Shown here piece after piece: positions 25,104 to 34,718 of a DNA stretch of 64,000 nt. The stretch lies in NCBI GenBank assembly GCA_031364365.1, contig JANLWE010000034.1:49869-113868 (forward strand), given 5' to 3'. This DNA comes from Gammaproteobacteria bacterium (GTDB lineage Bacteria; Pseudomonadota; Gammaproteobacteria; Steroidobacterales; Steroidobacteraceae). How positions within the stretch are numbered: the stretch's first letter is position 1; every line of letters begins with the position of its first letter. The notes under the pieces were generated by a model. That model saw nothing but the letters and a program-made list of their open reading frames with translations. It did no database searches and was not told where the DNA came from. The position numbers and the translations under genes were made by a program.

Positions 25104-26927
25104 TCACGGAATCGTCACCCGCTCGACTTCGCGTTCGACGAGGTCGGCGATCTTGCGGCTCTCATCCACGAGGCTTGCAATCTCAGCTCCGGTACGCCTG
25201 ACGTATACGGCATCCTTGATCGACTTGAGATTGATGCGCGCGTTGTAGGCCGCACCCTTGACCCCTGCGAAAGAAACCAGTGCGCCAACCCCCGCGTCCG
25301 TGATCATCACGTCATTCCCGCAGCGTGCGGCCGCAAGGCACAGTTCCAGCGCGGCGCGGCAGTGCCGCGCGGTCTGCATCGGAACCTCGGTAGCGCGCAT
25401 ATAGCCCGACTGCATCGCTTCAATGCGCGCGGCCTTCTGGTCCGCTGTGTCCTTTGGCATGCGTAGCGCGTCCATGACGCCGTTGAAGGCCTGCGTGTCC
25501 GCGTCCACCGCGTCGAGCAGCTGATCCTTGATGCCTTGCGCCTTTACTGAGAGAGCGTCCAGCTCCTCGTAACGGCCGTCAAACCCGGCCTTGCCGATCG
25601 TCAGGTTTGCAACCATCGCGGCGAGCGCCGCGCCGATCGAGCCCGCGAGCGCTGCGATCGAGCCGCCGCCCGGAGCGGGCGTGTCGCGCGACACTTCGTC
25701 GACGAATTCGCCGACCGACTTGCGTACCAGATCTCCGGCTTGGCGGGGCATACCTATTACCTTCTTTTCTGTTTCGAATGGCGCGACGTCGCGCAGGCCC
25801 ATGGCCTGCACCGCAGTCTCGATGACATCACCGACCGGCAGACCGGTGGACTTGCGCATCCGGCGCAAGTAGTAGCGGCCGGACTCCAGCATTGCGTCGA
25901 ATGGGACCACGCCGACGATTTCGGAACCCGTGACGGCAATCCCGCGCTGCGCGGCTTCTTCGCGCGCGGCCTCCATCACCGCGTGGGCCGAAGTCACCTT
26001 GAAATCGGTCAGGTTGATGGAAATCTGCGCACGTCGATACTTGTCCACCACCCAGCCGACCGCCTTGACGTGCGAGAAGCGGCCGTCCGCGTACACCGGC
26101 CTTGCTTCGATTTCTCCCGCTGGATAGCCGAGCGCCGCGTAGTGCGCCGCGAGATCCTTGCCATGAGCGGCGCGGTAATGCGCCGAGAGTTCGTCCCATG
26201 ACTTCGCGACGTGATCGCAGGCCCCGCAGGGGAAGCGCCCTTTCGCGAACAGGACCGTCTCGCCTTTGTAGTAGAAGGGACTGACATTGCCGCTGCGCTT
26301 GTGGCGTCCGCGCTCGCGCAGTTCATAGGCGATATCGTCGGCGTAACGCTTGTCGGTGGTTGCGAGATTCACGTTGTAGGCGATCAGGAATTCCCGTGCG
26401 CCGATGATGTAGGCGCCGGTACGCGGGTTGTGCTTCGCCGGGCCGAAATCGGGCCTCCAGGCCGGGTCCGCCAGCTTGCTCTCCAGCCCTTCGTATTCAC
26501 TGGCGCGTACTGCCGCGAGATTCCTGCGGGCGGGGTTCGATGCGGCGTGCTCATAGAGATACACAGGGATGCCGAGTTCGCCGATGCGGCGACCGCATTC
26601 CCTTGCAAGCGCCACGCAATCGGCCATGTTGACGCCCGCAACGGGCACAAACGGGCAGACGTCCATCGCGCCCATGCGCGCGTGGCTGCCTTGATGCTTC
26701 GTCATGTCGATCGATTCGGCTGCGCGCTTCCCGGCGCGGAAGGCGGCCTCGGCCACCGCTTCCGGCGGGCCGACGAAGGTAACTACCGTACGGTTGGTGT
26801 CTTCGCCCGGATCGACATCGAGGAGCGTCACGCCGCGCACAGCCTCGATCTCTGCCGTGATGCCGCGGATCACCGAAGCATCGCGCCCTTCGGAAAAGTT
26901 GGGAACGCATTCCACCAACTTGTTCAA
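25104..26927 (-). CDS. bifunctional glutamate formimidoyltransferase / formimidoyl-THF cyclodeaminase (FTCD-like) with a ~60-aa insertion
   Basis: TTG 26927 lies 6 nt after GGAG and gives (M)NKLVECVPNFSEGRD.... The C-terminal cyclodeaminase domain reads ...PAPGGGSIAALAGSIGAALAAMVANLT. Confidence 0.85.
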   Translation of the reverse strand: MNKLVECVPNFSEGRDASVIRGITAEIEAVRGVTLLDVDPGEDTNRTVVTFVGPPEAVAEAAFRAGKRAAESIDMTKHQGSHARMGAMDVCPFVPVAGVNMADCVALARECGRRIGELGIPVYLYEHAASNPARRNLAAVRASEYEGLESKLADPAWRPDFGPAKHNPRTGAYIIGAREFLIAYNVNLATTDKRYADDIAYELRERGRHKRSGNVSPFYYKGETVLFAKGRFPCGACDHVAKSWDELSAHYRAAHGKDLAAHYAALGYPAGEIEARPVYADGRFSHVKAVGWVVDKYRRAQISINLTDFKVTSAHAVMEAAREEAAQRGIAVTGSEIVGVVPFDAMLESGRYYLRRMRKSTGLPVGDVIETAVQAMGLRDVAPFETEKKVIGMPRQAGDLVRKSVGEFVDEVSRDTPAPGGGSIAALAGSIGAALAAMVANLTIGKAGFDGRYEELDALSVKAQGIKDQLLDAVDADTQAFNGVMDALRMPKDTADQKAARIEAMQSGYMRATEVPMQTARHCRAALELCLAAARCGNDVMITDAGVGALVSFAGVKGAAYNARINLKSIKDAVYVRRTGAEIASLVDESRKIADLVEREVERVTIP

Positions 26928-26982
26928 GATAATCTCCGAACCGCTGAAGACACGATGATACTGGCTTGCAGCCACCGACCGA

Positions 26983-27885
26983 TCAGCTAGCGCCCATTGT
27001 CGTGAGGACGAACCCGGCCAGGATCGCCGCAATGGCGATCCAGTGCAGGACCGTCGGCCGTTCCTTCAGGATGGCCCAGGCAAATGCCAGCGTGACCACG
27101 GGATAAGCGCCGGACAAGGGCGAGACAATCGACGCCGGTCCCTTCTTGTAGGCGATGGCCGCCATCAGGCCACCCAGCGCCATCGTGGCCATCGGCAAGA
27201 ACGACCGCGACCATTCCTTGCCGGACATGGCGCCCTTGCGGCCAAACAGGAAACCGTAAGTACCGAGCGTGAGCAGGCCGCCGATGGCGATCAGCAGCGC
27301 CATATTGGCCTCGTTGGCGATATTGGCTTCGTTGTCGCCGTAGTAGGCGTAGGCATACTTGATGAGCGTGCCGTTCACACCCCAGATCAGGAGCGCGACG
27401 CCAGCGAGTGGTATCCAGCGCGCCCGTGTTTTTTTCTTGTTGGGATCGGGGGGTGAATAGGCGAGCCCGAGACAGCCGGCAATGACGCAGATGACGCCAG
27501 CAACCTGGTAGGGCGACAAGGACTCGCCCAGAAAACGATGGGCTAGAATGACTGTCAGTGCGGGGTAAGCGGCCGACAGGGTTCCGACAATGGAGATCGG
27601 CCCGTAGACGATCGACTGGTAGTAGAAGATCCACGCAATTCCATCCAGCACATAGGCCAGCAGGCCCAGCATGAGAAACATGCGGCCCTCGGGCGCCAGG
27701 ATCGGCGGCGAGTCCTGGCTGGCCCAGAACAGGACATTCACCACCGCGTTTGCCACCGCGAAATAGAGGCAGAAACGCGCCGGGGGCACTTCGCCGATGT
27801 ATTTCTTGACGAGACCCTGAGCGGTGCCCCAGAAGAATGTGGCAGCGAGAGTCGGAGTCAGCCAGACAAGCAGGTCCGCGTTCAA
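26983..27885 (-). CDS. DMT-superfamily (EamA-like) transporter
   Basis: 300 aa, about 10 TM segments, two EamA-like halves. Its ATG overlaps the stop of the upstream amidohydrolase (ATGA). Confidence 0.8.
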   Translation of the reverse strand: MNADLLVWLTPTLAATFFWGTAQGLVKKYIGEVPPARFCLYFAVANAVVNVLFWASQDSPPILAPEGRMFLMLGLLAYVLDGIAWIFYYQSIVYGPISIVGTLSAAYPALTVILAHRFLGESLSPYQVAGVICVIAGCLGLAYSPPDPNKKKTRARWIPLAGVALLIWGVNGTLIKYAYAYYGDNEANIANEANMALLIAIGGLLTLGTYGFLFGRKGAMSGKEWSRSFLPMATMALGGLMAAIAYKKGPASIVSPLSGAYPVVTLAFAWAILKERPTVLHWIAIAAILAGFVLTTMGAS

Positions 27886-29156
27886 GGATTCAGATCCAGA
27901 CCCGCGCCTTCCACCACGATCCTGCCGTCGCTGATCACGAGCCTCGGCTCGAAGAACACCCTGCTGTCTTCCAGCGGATCGCCGTCGTAAACGGCGAGGT
28001 CGGCCTCCATGCCCGGGCGAACCATCCCCGTGCGGGAGTCGATGCCCAGGACGCGTGCTCCGTTCAGCGTCGCGGCGGTGATCGACTCAAGCGGCGTATA
28101 TCCGATCTCATCGCGAAGCACTGCAATCTCATGCGCGATGCGGATGCGGCCAGTATCGTCCCCATCGGCATAGCTGCCATCAGTCGCCGCCGCCACGACG
28201 ATGCCGAGCGCGTGCGCCTTTCGCACGGCTGCGCGCAGCGGGCCCATCATCGACTGCGTGCGCAGCTGCAGCGCCACCGCGTCAGCGGAATTTCCCTGTG
28301 GATCGCCGAGCGGACTCATGACCGCAAGCGTCGGTACGAAGTACGTGCCGCGGCGTTTCATTTCGGCGAGCGTCGCATCGTCAACCCAGGTGCCGTGCTC
28401 GACGCTGCGCACCCCGGCGTTCACCGCCGCCGCCACGCCTTCACGCGCATGCGCGTGGGCCGCCACGTACAGACCCTTCTTCGAAGCCTCCGTCACCGCG
28501 GCCCGGATCTCGTCTTCCGTGAGTTCGGGTTTTCGCGGATCGGTACTCACGAGCCCGGCACGCTCGCTGGCGCCGACCTTGATGACGTCCGCACCTTGCG
28601 CGATCAAGGCGCGAGTGGCCGCGGCGATCCGGTCGGGACCGCGGAGCTCACCGTCGATGGCGTCGCCGAACTGGGGGTACACCATGAAGAACGCGAGTCC
28701 CGGCTTCGGGCGGATATGGCCTGGCGACACCAGGAGTTCGGGTCCCGGTACGTATCCCGCCCGGATCAGGTTCCGCGTACCCATGGCCTGCAAGTAGGTG
28801 TCGCCGAGCACGCGCGCTGTCGTCACGCCCGACTGCAGCGCGCGCAAGGCGGCGGCGGGGGATTCGATATGGGAATGCGCATCGATCAGCCCAGGCAGGA
28901 GGTAACGGCCGCCAAGGTCGATCCTGCGCACGCCCACGGTCGGCGATGGCGCGCGCTCGTCGAGCGCAACAATCTTGCCGCCGCGTACGCTGACCGTGAC
29001 GCCCTGGCGCGGCGCCGCGCCTGTGCCGTCGACGAGCGTTGCATTGACCAGATCGAGGTCCTGCGCGGACCCGACGAGCGGAAATGCCGCGCAGGCCAGC
29101 ACCGCGATGACGCAGACCGCACTGGAAATCACCGCTTTGCTGCGCCGGATGGCCAT
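27882..29156 (-). CDS. secreted metal-dependent amidohydrolase
   Basis: ATG 29156 gives the signal peptide MAIRRSKAVISSAVCVIAVLACAAFPLVGSAQD, followed by ...LLPGLIDAHSHI (HxH metal site) and later ...AAHAH...VEHG.... The upstream part of ORF 27882..29567 reads antisense through the GTGGCC repeat (GHGHGH). Confidence 0.8.
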   Translation of the reverse strand: MAIRRSKAVISSAVCVIAVLACAAFPLVGSAQDLDLVNATLVDGTGAAPRQGVTVSVRGGKIVALDERAPSPTVGVRRIDLGGRYLLPGLIDAHSHIESPAAALRALQSGVTTARVLGDTYLQAMGTRNLIRAGYVPGPELLVSPGHIRPKPGLAFFMVYPQFGDAIDGELRGPDRIAAATRALIAQGADVIKVGASERAGLVSTDPRKPELTEDEIRAAVTEASKKGLYVAAHAHAREGVAAAVNAGVRSVEHGTWVDDATLAEMKRRGTYFVPTLAVMSPLGDPQGNSADAVALQLRTQSMMGPLRAAVRKAHALGIVVAAATDGSYADGDDTGRIRIAHEIAVLRDEIGYTPLESITAATLNGARVLGIDSRTGMVRPGMEADLAVYDGDPLEDSRVFFEPRLVISDGRIVVEGAGLDLNP

Positions 29157-29312
29157 TCGTGATACCCCTCGATAAACCTCGTGCGCACGATACCCGGTAT
29201 GGAGGGGCGCCGACACGAACACGAAGTGTGGCGCTAGCATATTATTGTGGTGAAACTTCCGGCTGCGCGGCGGCATGGCGTCGACGCCAAGTCCGGGAGC
29301 GGGAGCCACTAT

Positions 29313-29768
29313 ATGTCGGTCTTGAGAAACACACTGATCGTCGCCTTTATCGCGGGAGCCGGTCAAGCTTTCGCTCCCGCGCTCGCGCAGGAAGCGCCCG
29401 CCGTCGCCGCGCCCGTGGCCGTGGCCGTGGCCGTGGCCGTGGCCGTGGCCGACCTGAAGTACGCGAACAAGTGGCGTCTTGAGGTCCATGAAGGCGCGAA
29501 CAACGACGGCGTCATGCGCTTTCGCCTCACGCCAAAGGGCGAGACGCCGATCGACATCAATGTGCAATTGAAGGACGGGCGCGGCGAAGATGGCTGTGCG
29601 AAAGACATTCGCGATGTGTTCAGGTCGGCGCTCGACAAGGACATCTACAAGATCGAGATCGACGACGGGGAGGATGTGCTCGTCAAGAAACGCAAGGGCC
29701 CGGACTTCGCGATCGAGTTCGTCGAGTCCACCGTCAAGGGCACCCGCGTCAATATTGACCAGGAGTAA
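29313..29768 (+). CDS. small secreted protein of unknown function with (Ala-Val)n linker
   Basis: ATG 29313 gives the signal peptide MSVLRNTLIVAFIAGAGQAFAPALA, then APVAVAVAVAVAVADLKY, then a mixed charged domain. I recognise no family. Confidence 0.55.
   Translation: MSVLRNTLIVAFIAGAGQAFAPALAQEAPAVAAPVAVAVAVAVAVADLKYANKWRLEVHEGANNDGVMRFRLTPKGETPIDINVQLKDGRGEDGCAKDIRDVFRSALDKDIYKIEIDDGEDVLVKKRKGPDFAIEFVESTVKGTRVNIDQE
29415..29444 (+). repeat. hexanucleotide tandem repeat (GTGGCC)x5, in frame
   Basis: Read directly from the sequence. It encodes (Val-Ala)5 in the secreted protein. Confidence 0.9.
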
Positions 29769-29771
29769 AGC

Positions 29772-29794
29772 AAAGGCCCCGCGAAGGGGCCTTT
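29772..29794. terminator. stem-loop terminator after the small secreted protein gene
   Basis: AAAGGCCCC-gcgaa-GGGGCCTTT, 3 nt after the TAA. Confidence 0.6.
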
Positions 29795-29840
29795 GTAAGC
29801 AAGGTCGATTTCGAGGCGTCTGCCGGCGCAGGATTCAGGA

Positions 29841-30371
29841 TCAGCTCAGGTCCAACTCGCCGTTTTCGACGGGAATCCGCTTACCCGGGTTATGATCCAT
29901 GCGAACCACGCCCTGCTTGCCGTCAAGCAGGTAAGTGACCTCAAATCCGGCCGGAATTTTCTGGTTGTCGTAGACGGTCCCGCAACGCTCTTCCACGACT
30001 GTTTCGGTATTGCCTTCCTGCATGTTCTTCTGGACTTTGCTGCCCGCATATCCGCCGGCAACGGCACCCGCCGCAGTCGCGAGCTTCTTTCCGTCGCCAC
30101 TGCCGACCTGGTTGCCCAGCACACCGCCGATGACGGCACCGATTGCCGCGCCGGCAATTCGCTTCTCATCCTTGACGGGCACCTGCTGCGTGACTGCCTT
30201 GTCATTGCAGACATACCGCCCGACCTGCTTGTTGTCGAATGCGGGTTCGACAGCAACGACATCCGCGTAATCCTGCCAGGGATTCAGGTCCGCCCGCGTG
30301 CTCGCGTAGGCGCCGACCGCCACGACCACGACACCGCCGAGAATCAATGGGGCTACTAGGGAATTCTTCAT
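29841..30371 (-). CDS. glycine-zipper (2TM) membrane/lipoprotein-like protein
   Basis: An N-terminal TM segment, then AGAAIGAVIGGVLGNQVGSGDGKKLATAAGAVAGGYAGS, a glycine-zipper pattern as in SlyB/17-kDa antigen proteins. Confidence 0.7.
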   Translation of the reverse strand: MKNSLVAPLILGGVVVVAVGAYASTRADLNPWQDYADVVAVEPAFDNKQVGRYVCNDKAVTQQVPVKDEKRIAGAAIGAVIGGVLGNQVGSGDGKKLATAAGAVAGGYAGSKVQKNMQEGNTETVVEERCGTVYDNQKIPAGFEVTYLLDGKQGVVRMDHNPGKRIPVENGELDLS

Positions 30372-30761
30372 CTGTACTGCTCCTACATAAATGCCGGGCT
30401 CAATTGGTCATTCCGGCCCGGACCACCGCGGCTGCGCCTGGTGGCGAGTCATCGGGGGCAACCGTAGCGATTTCGCATTAAGTTAGGCCCCGGCACCACT
30501 GCAACTCAGGACTGCACGAGATGAGACGACGTCAGAGAGTATCTTTACCGCTGCGGTACGGTCTGTGCGGGAACGAACATGGCATGCACGCTTGATCTGG
30601 CACGCCTCTGAAGGTGTTGTGGCGGAAATAGGGGGCGAGACCGCTGTTCGGCCTCCGAGGGGGCGCTACCCTTTCGCGCCGGGTCACTAACGCGGTGCAC
30701 TGGAGCGGGCACGATGCGACCCGAAACACGTTATGCCAGTCGGCCTCGAGCCTCGAACTCG

Positions 30762-32285
30762 TCATCTTCGCCGCCGTCCGGGCCGGCCGCGCCGACCGGG
30801 GACGACCTCGGTAACGGCATGCTCAGGCGGTGGCGGCAACTGCGGCAACTCGGTCTGCTCCCGCAGGCCTGCGATGATCAGGCGGCGCATTTCGGCATCG
30901 GCGGACGGGTCGGTGTCAAAGGGCGAATAGGCAGCGAGGCGCCGGTCCACCTGTTCGCAGGCGCGTCGGTAGAGATCCTTCGATCCGGCCGTGGCCCAGT
31001 TCTCACGGTTCTCGCGGTCGATGACCGGGTCGGTCAGGTACAGCTCCTGCGGCCAGTATTTCAGCGTGTGCGGTGCCGTGATCAGGTGGAGGTTCTCTCG
31101 CAGGTAATCCACGAGGTCCATCGCCGGCAAGTCGTCGAGCACGCGGATCTCGCGCACGAAATGCAGGCACTGACCACAAACCTCGTTGTCAAACACAAGC
31201 TTCGGCAGGCTGAATGTCAGCACGAAGTCGAGCATTCCGGGACCCGATACCGAGTTGACGCCCGCAAGCGCAGCCAGCATCGCACTCGTCATTGTCTCCG
31301 CGCCTGCCTGGGCATCGAGGAACTTGCCGTCGCTGAGCGCCATGTAGGCCTGGGTCGGCAGTCCCAGCGACTTGGCGATTGCGACGTAGCCGACGTTCAG
31401 GTGCTGCGCTTCGATCGCTGCCATCGGCGCGCTGGCCGCCTTCATGTGGAAGGTGGCGGGTGCACCGCCGAACAGCACCGGCGCCCCCGGCCTGACGATC
31501 TGCGCCATCGTGATGCCGGTCAGCACATCCACGCAGTGGAATACGAGCGCGCCCACCAGCGTCACCGGCGCGATCAGCCCCATCAGTGTGACCGGGACGA
31601 TCTCGATCGGGATTCCGGCCTCGACGCAATCGAGCAGGTTCTGGCAGGAATCTTCACCAAAACGGAAATTGCCGGTCGCGGTGACGGTGAATATCGACAA
31701 AGGCTTCTCGATCAGTTCGGCGCGGTCGCGTCGGAACAGCTGCATCATCTCGACCATGCGCAGCACGCCGTGCTCGCCGAAAGCGCCCGACACCACCGGT
31801 TTCTTCGAGTTCACCAGCGCCATGTACAGGCGCCAAGCGTCGGATACCTGCGATTCGATATCTTCATTGGTCGAAAATGCCGTCGCCAGATAGGCGATGT
31901 GCTGCAGACCGTCGCAGAGCCGTGCGTACTCGACGAAATCGGTTGAATTGGCGAGCCGGGTCTCGCCGGTGCGGTGATCCATGATCTTGAGCCCGCTCGA
32001 ACCGGGTACGTAGTGGACGTTGTAGCCACCGATTTCGGCATGCGGGCGCCCGTCGCGGTCGTAGAGCGTAAAGGACTTCGGTGCCGTTGAAATGGCGCGA
32101 TCGACGACCTCAGGCGGGAACATCACACGATCGCCACCCGCGTCAGTCTTCAACCCGTGATCGAGCAGGCGCTGGCGCAATTTGGGGCCGCATATTTCCA
32201 TGCCGACCTCGGCCATGATCCGTTTCGCCTCGGCCAGGATCCGGCCGATGAGCTCATCGCTCAGAATGTTGAGGGTCGGTCTCAT
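30762..32285 (-). CDS. MttB-superfamily (trimethylamine methyltransferase-like) protein, non-pyrrolysine
   Basis: 507 aa. The full-length TIM-barrel MttB-like sequence starts [31 protein letters not shown].... It has no in-frame TAG. Its ATG overlaps the stop of the upstream paralogue (ATGA). Confidence 0.8.
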   Translation of the reverse strand: MRPTLNILSDELIGRILAEAKRIMAEVGMEICGPKLRQRLLDHGLKTDAGGDRVMFPPEVVDRAISTAPKSFTLYDRDGRPHAEIGGYNVHYVPGSSGLKIMDHRTGETRLANSTDFVEYARLCDGLQHIAYLATAFSTNEDIESQVSDAWRLYMALVNSKKPVVSGAFGEHGVLRMVEMMQLFRRDRAELIEKPLSIFTVTATGNFRFGEDSCQNLLDCVEAGIPIEIVPVTLMGLIAPVTLVGALVFHCVDVLTGITMAQIVRPGAPVLFGGAPATFHMKAASAPMAAIEAQHLNVGYVAIAKSLGLPTQAYMALSDGKFLDAQAGAETMTSAMLAALAGVNSVSGPGMLDFVLTFSLPKLVFDNEVCGQCLHFVREIRVLDDLPAMDLVDYLRENLHLITAPHTLKYWPQELYLTDPVIDRENRENWATAGSKDLYRRACEQVDRRLAAYSPFDTDPSADAEMRRLIIAGLREQTELPQLPPPPEHAVTEVVPGRRGRPGRRRR

Positions 32286-33790
32286 GAAATTTCTCCCTTG
32301 CGGCGCGCCACGTAGTCGGTGAGCGCCTCCTCAATGGCCGGGTCCAGTGGTGGTCGCTGGTATTCGGCCAGCAGTCGCTTCCAGATGACGTTTGCGCGAC
32401 GGGCGGCGTCCAGACTGCCGGCCTCCTGCCAGGACTCGAAGTTCTGACGGCTGGACAACATTGGAATGTAGAACGCGGTTTCGAATCGGGCGAGCGTGTG
32501 GGCGGTGCCGAAATGGTGGCCGCCGGGTTCGACGCTCGCGATGGCGTCGAGCGCCAGTTCGCCGGCGTTGACCTCGATGGGTCGCAGGAATTCGGCCATC
32601 ATCTGCAGCATTTCAGCGTCGGTGATCAGCTTTTCAAAGGATGCGGTGAGCCCGCTCTCGAGCCACCCGGCGGCGTGATAAACGAGATTGGCGTGCCCCA
32701 TGATCGCGCCCCACAGCGACATCCCGCTTTCGTAGGCCGCCTGCGCATCGACGCAGTTGGATGTCGTGGTGTTGCTCGAGCGCAGTGGCAGCCCCAGTCG
32801 ACGTGCAATCTGGCCGCTGGCCAGCGCAGCCTTGCAGTACTCCGGAGTCCCGAGCGCGGGCGCACCGCTCTGCATGTCCACGTTTGAGGCAAAGGCGCCG
32901 TAGATGATCCGGGCACCCGGTTTTACGACCTGCGCCAGGGTGGCTACCGCCAGTATCTCGGCGGTCTGCTGTGCGAGTGTCCCGGCCATCGTGATCGGGC
33001 TCATCGAGCCTGCGAGGGTGAAGGGCGTGATGCAGCAGGCCTGGCCTGAAGCCGCGAGCTCAATCACAGCCTCGGTCATCGGGATGTCGAGCTGCATGGG
33101 CGAATTCGTATTGACGATCGCCATCACCGCCGGATCGTTCGCCAGTTCCGTGCGGCTGACGCCGAGGGCAATGCACGTCATTTCGATGCAATCGACCGTG
33201 CGCTCCCGGCCGAGCGCATAGGCCTGGCAGTTCTTGTCGAGCAGCGTGAACTGCGCGAGATACAGATCGAGGTGTCGTGACTCGGGCGGCAGGTCCATCG
33301 CCTCGAAAGCGCCACCGCCTTCCTGGTGAAGGATGTTCAGGCTCTGGATGAGGCGCAGGTAGTCGCAAAGTTCCGCGTGGGTGCCCGGGCGCCGGCCACG
33401 GTCGAGGTCGCTGCAGAAGGCCGGCCCACCCACCGCACCGAATACCAGATCACGGCCGCCGATACGCAGGTCATGGGCGCGATTGCGGGCGCGCAGCGTG
33501 AATTGCGCCGGGGCGAGCGCAAGCTTTTCCAGTACCAGGCCGCGGTCGAAGCGCATCATCCGGGTCGTCTCGTCAGATTCCGCTCCGGCGGCGCGCAAAA
33601 GTCGGCGGCTACCCTCCTCGAGGAATCTCATGCCGCGAGTCTCGAGTATGGTCAGGGCGGCGTCGATAATCGCCTCCACGTGGTCGTCGCTCAGTACCTC
33701 AATCGGTGAATAAGGATTGACCAGGCGGCTGAATGGCAGCTGCCTGATTGCAGGCACCACGCGTCTTTCCCTTCTGCTGCGTCGAGCCAT
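32282..33790 (-). CDS. MttB-superfamily protein, second paralogue, non-pyrrolysine
   Basis: 502 aa: ...[31 protein letters not shown]...NTNSPMQLD...[10 protein letters not shown].... It has no in-frame TAG. Confidence 0.8.
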   Translation of the reverse strand: MARRSRRERRVVPAIRQLPFSRLVNPYSPIEVLSDDHVEAIIDAALTILETRGMRFLEEGSRRLLRAAGAESDETTRMMRFDRGLVLEKLALAPAQFTLRARNRAHDLRIGGRDLVFGAVGGPAFCSDLDRGRRPGTHAELCDYLRLIQSLNILHQEGGGAFEAMDLPPESRHLDLYLAQFTLLDKNCQAYALGRERTVDCIEMTCIALGVSRTELANDPAVMAIVNTNSPMQLDIPMTEAVIELAASGQACCITPFTLAGSMSPITMAGTLAQQTAEILAVATLAQVVKPGARIIYGAFASNVDMQSGAPALGTPEYCKAALASGQIARRLGLPLRSSNTTTSNCVDAQAAYESGMSLWGAIMGHANLVYHAAGWLESGLTASFEKLITDAEMLQMMAEFLRPIEVNAGELALDAIASVEPGGHHFGTAHTLARFETAFYIPMLSSRQNFESWQEAGSLDAARRANVIWKRLLAEYQRPPLDPAIEEALTDYVARRKGEIS

Positions 33791-33802
33791 GAGCGTTCCC
33801 TG

Positions 33803-34663
33803 TCAGGCGGTCAGCCGCAAGTCGGCGACAAACTGCCGGCGCCAGATTTCCGACTGCTCGACACGGTTAAAGGAGAACAAGTGAAACCCGGCAATGTTGG
33901 ACTCCGGTCTCGCCAGCAGTGGCGCAAGTTCGTACAGGAGTGAATCGGGGCGATGGACCTTCGGTGCGAACAATCGCCTGATCAATCGGCCGCGATTGCC
34001 CAGCAAGCGCAGCGAGGCACCAACGCCGATGCGCAGCGACGCGCTCATGAGCGCCGCACGATCGAATACCCCGGGCAAGCCGATCCAAACCGGCATCGCA
34101 ATGCCGCGCGCGCGAATCAGGCTGAGCCAGTCGGCAATCGGCGCAGAATCGAAGCACATCTGCGTGACCAGGTAGGTCGCACAGGTCTGCTTGGCCAACA
34201 GGGCCTGCAGCAAGACCTCAGAGTCAACGGACGGATGGCCTTCAGGATGAGCCGCGATGCCGATGTGCCGGAGCCGGTGGTCGAATTCGGCAATGCCGCG
34301 GAGCAGTTCGAGTGCTGTTGAATAGGGGCCGAGCGGCTGCGGAGCATCACCGCCCGGCACGAAGATGCTCTCGACACCCAGATCGACGACCCGGCGCATG
34401 ATTTCCCGCAGGTGGGCGTGGTCACGCACCATTTTCGCCGCGAGATGTGGCACCACGCGGAAGCCGCGTCCGATCAGCCGCTCGGTGAAATCCATGGTCT
34501 CGTCGACGCCAGTCCTCGGCGAACAGGTGACCGCCACGTACGAGCCGGCCTCCAGGCTGCCGAGCCGCTGCGCGACGGTCGGGCTCGGAAAAATCTCCAT
34601 ATAGGTCTGATGCACCGCATGCGCCAGTGCCTCGCGTTCAACAGTCGGCAAAGATGCCCGCAT
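33803..34663 (-). CDS. methylenetetrahydrofolate reductase-like protein (MetF family)
   Basis: 286 aa with ...YVAVTCSPRTG...VPHLAAKMV...IFVPGGD...IGIAAHPEGHP...YLVTQMCFD..., the typical MTHFR barrel pattern. Confidence 0.75.
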   Translation of the reverse strand: MRASLPTVEREALAHAVHQTYMEIFPSPTVAQRLGSLEAGSYVAVTCSPRTGVDETMDFTERLIGRGFRVVPHLAAKMVRDHAHLREIMRRVVDLGVESIFVPGGDAPQPLGPYSTALELLRGIAEFDHRLRHIGIAAHPEGHPSVDSEVLLQALLAKQTCATYLVTQMCFDSAPIADWLSLIRARGIAMPVWIGLPGVFDRAALMSASLRIGVGASLRLLGNRGRLIRRLFAPKVHRPDSLLYELAPLLARPESNIAGFHLFSFNRVEQSEIWRRQFVADLRLTA

Positions 34664-34718
34664 TGCCCGTCAAGCTAAACGATCGTTCAACAAGAAATCA
34701 AGTCTTGAACGCCGGGCG

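Noticed and set aside
29415-29444. The (GTGGCC)5 repeat as a CRISPR array or a phase-variation switch.
   Set aside because: It is a 6-nt tandem unit with no spacers, and changes in unit number stay in frame, so it cannot toggle expression.
30372-30761. The 390-bp non-coding gap between the glycine-zipper gene and the MttB gene as a riboswitch or sRNA locus.
   Set aside because: It holds several short GC hairpins, but I could not match it to any riboswitch consensus (cobalamin, THF, glycine or SAM) by eye. There is not enough evidence to call a feature.
30762-33790. Possible pyrrolysine (in-frame TAG) in the MttB-family genes.
   Set aside because: Both ORFs are uninterrupted at full family length (507 and 502 aa). 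No pylTSBCD-like genes are seen, so these are non-Pyl members.
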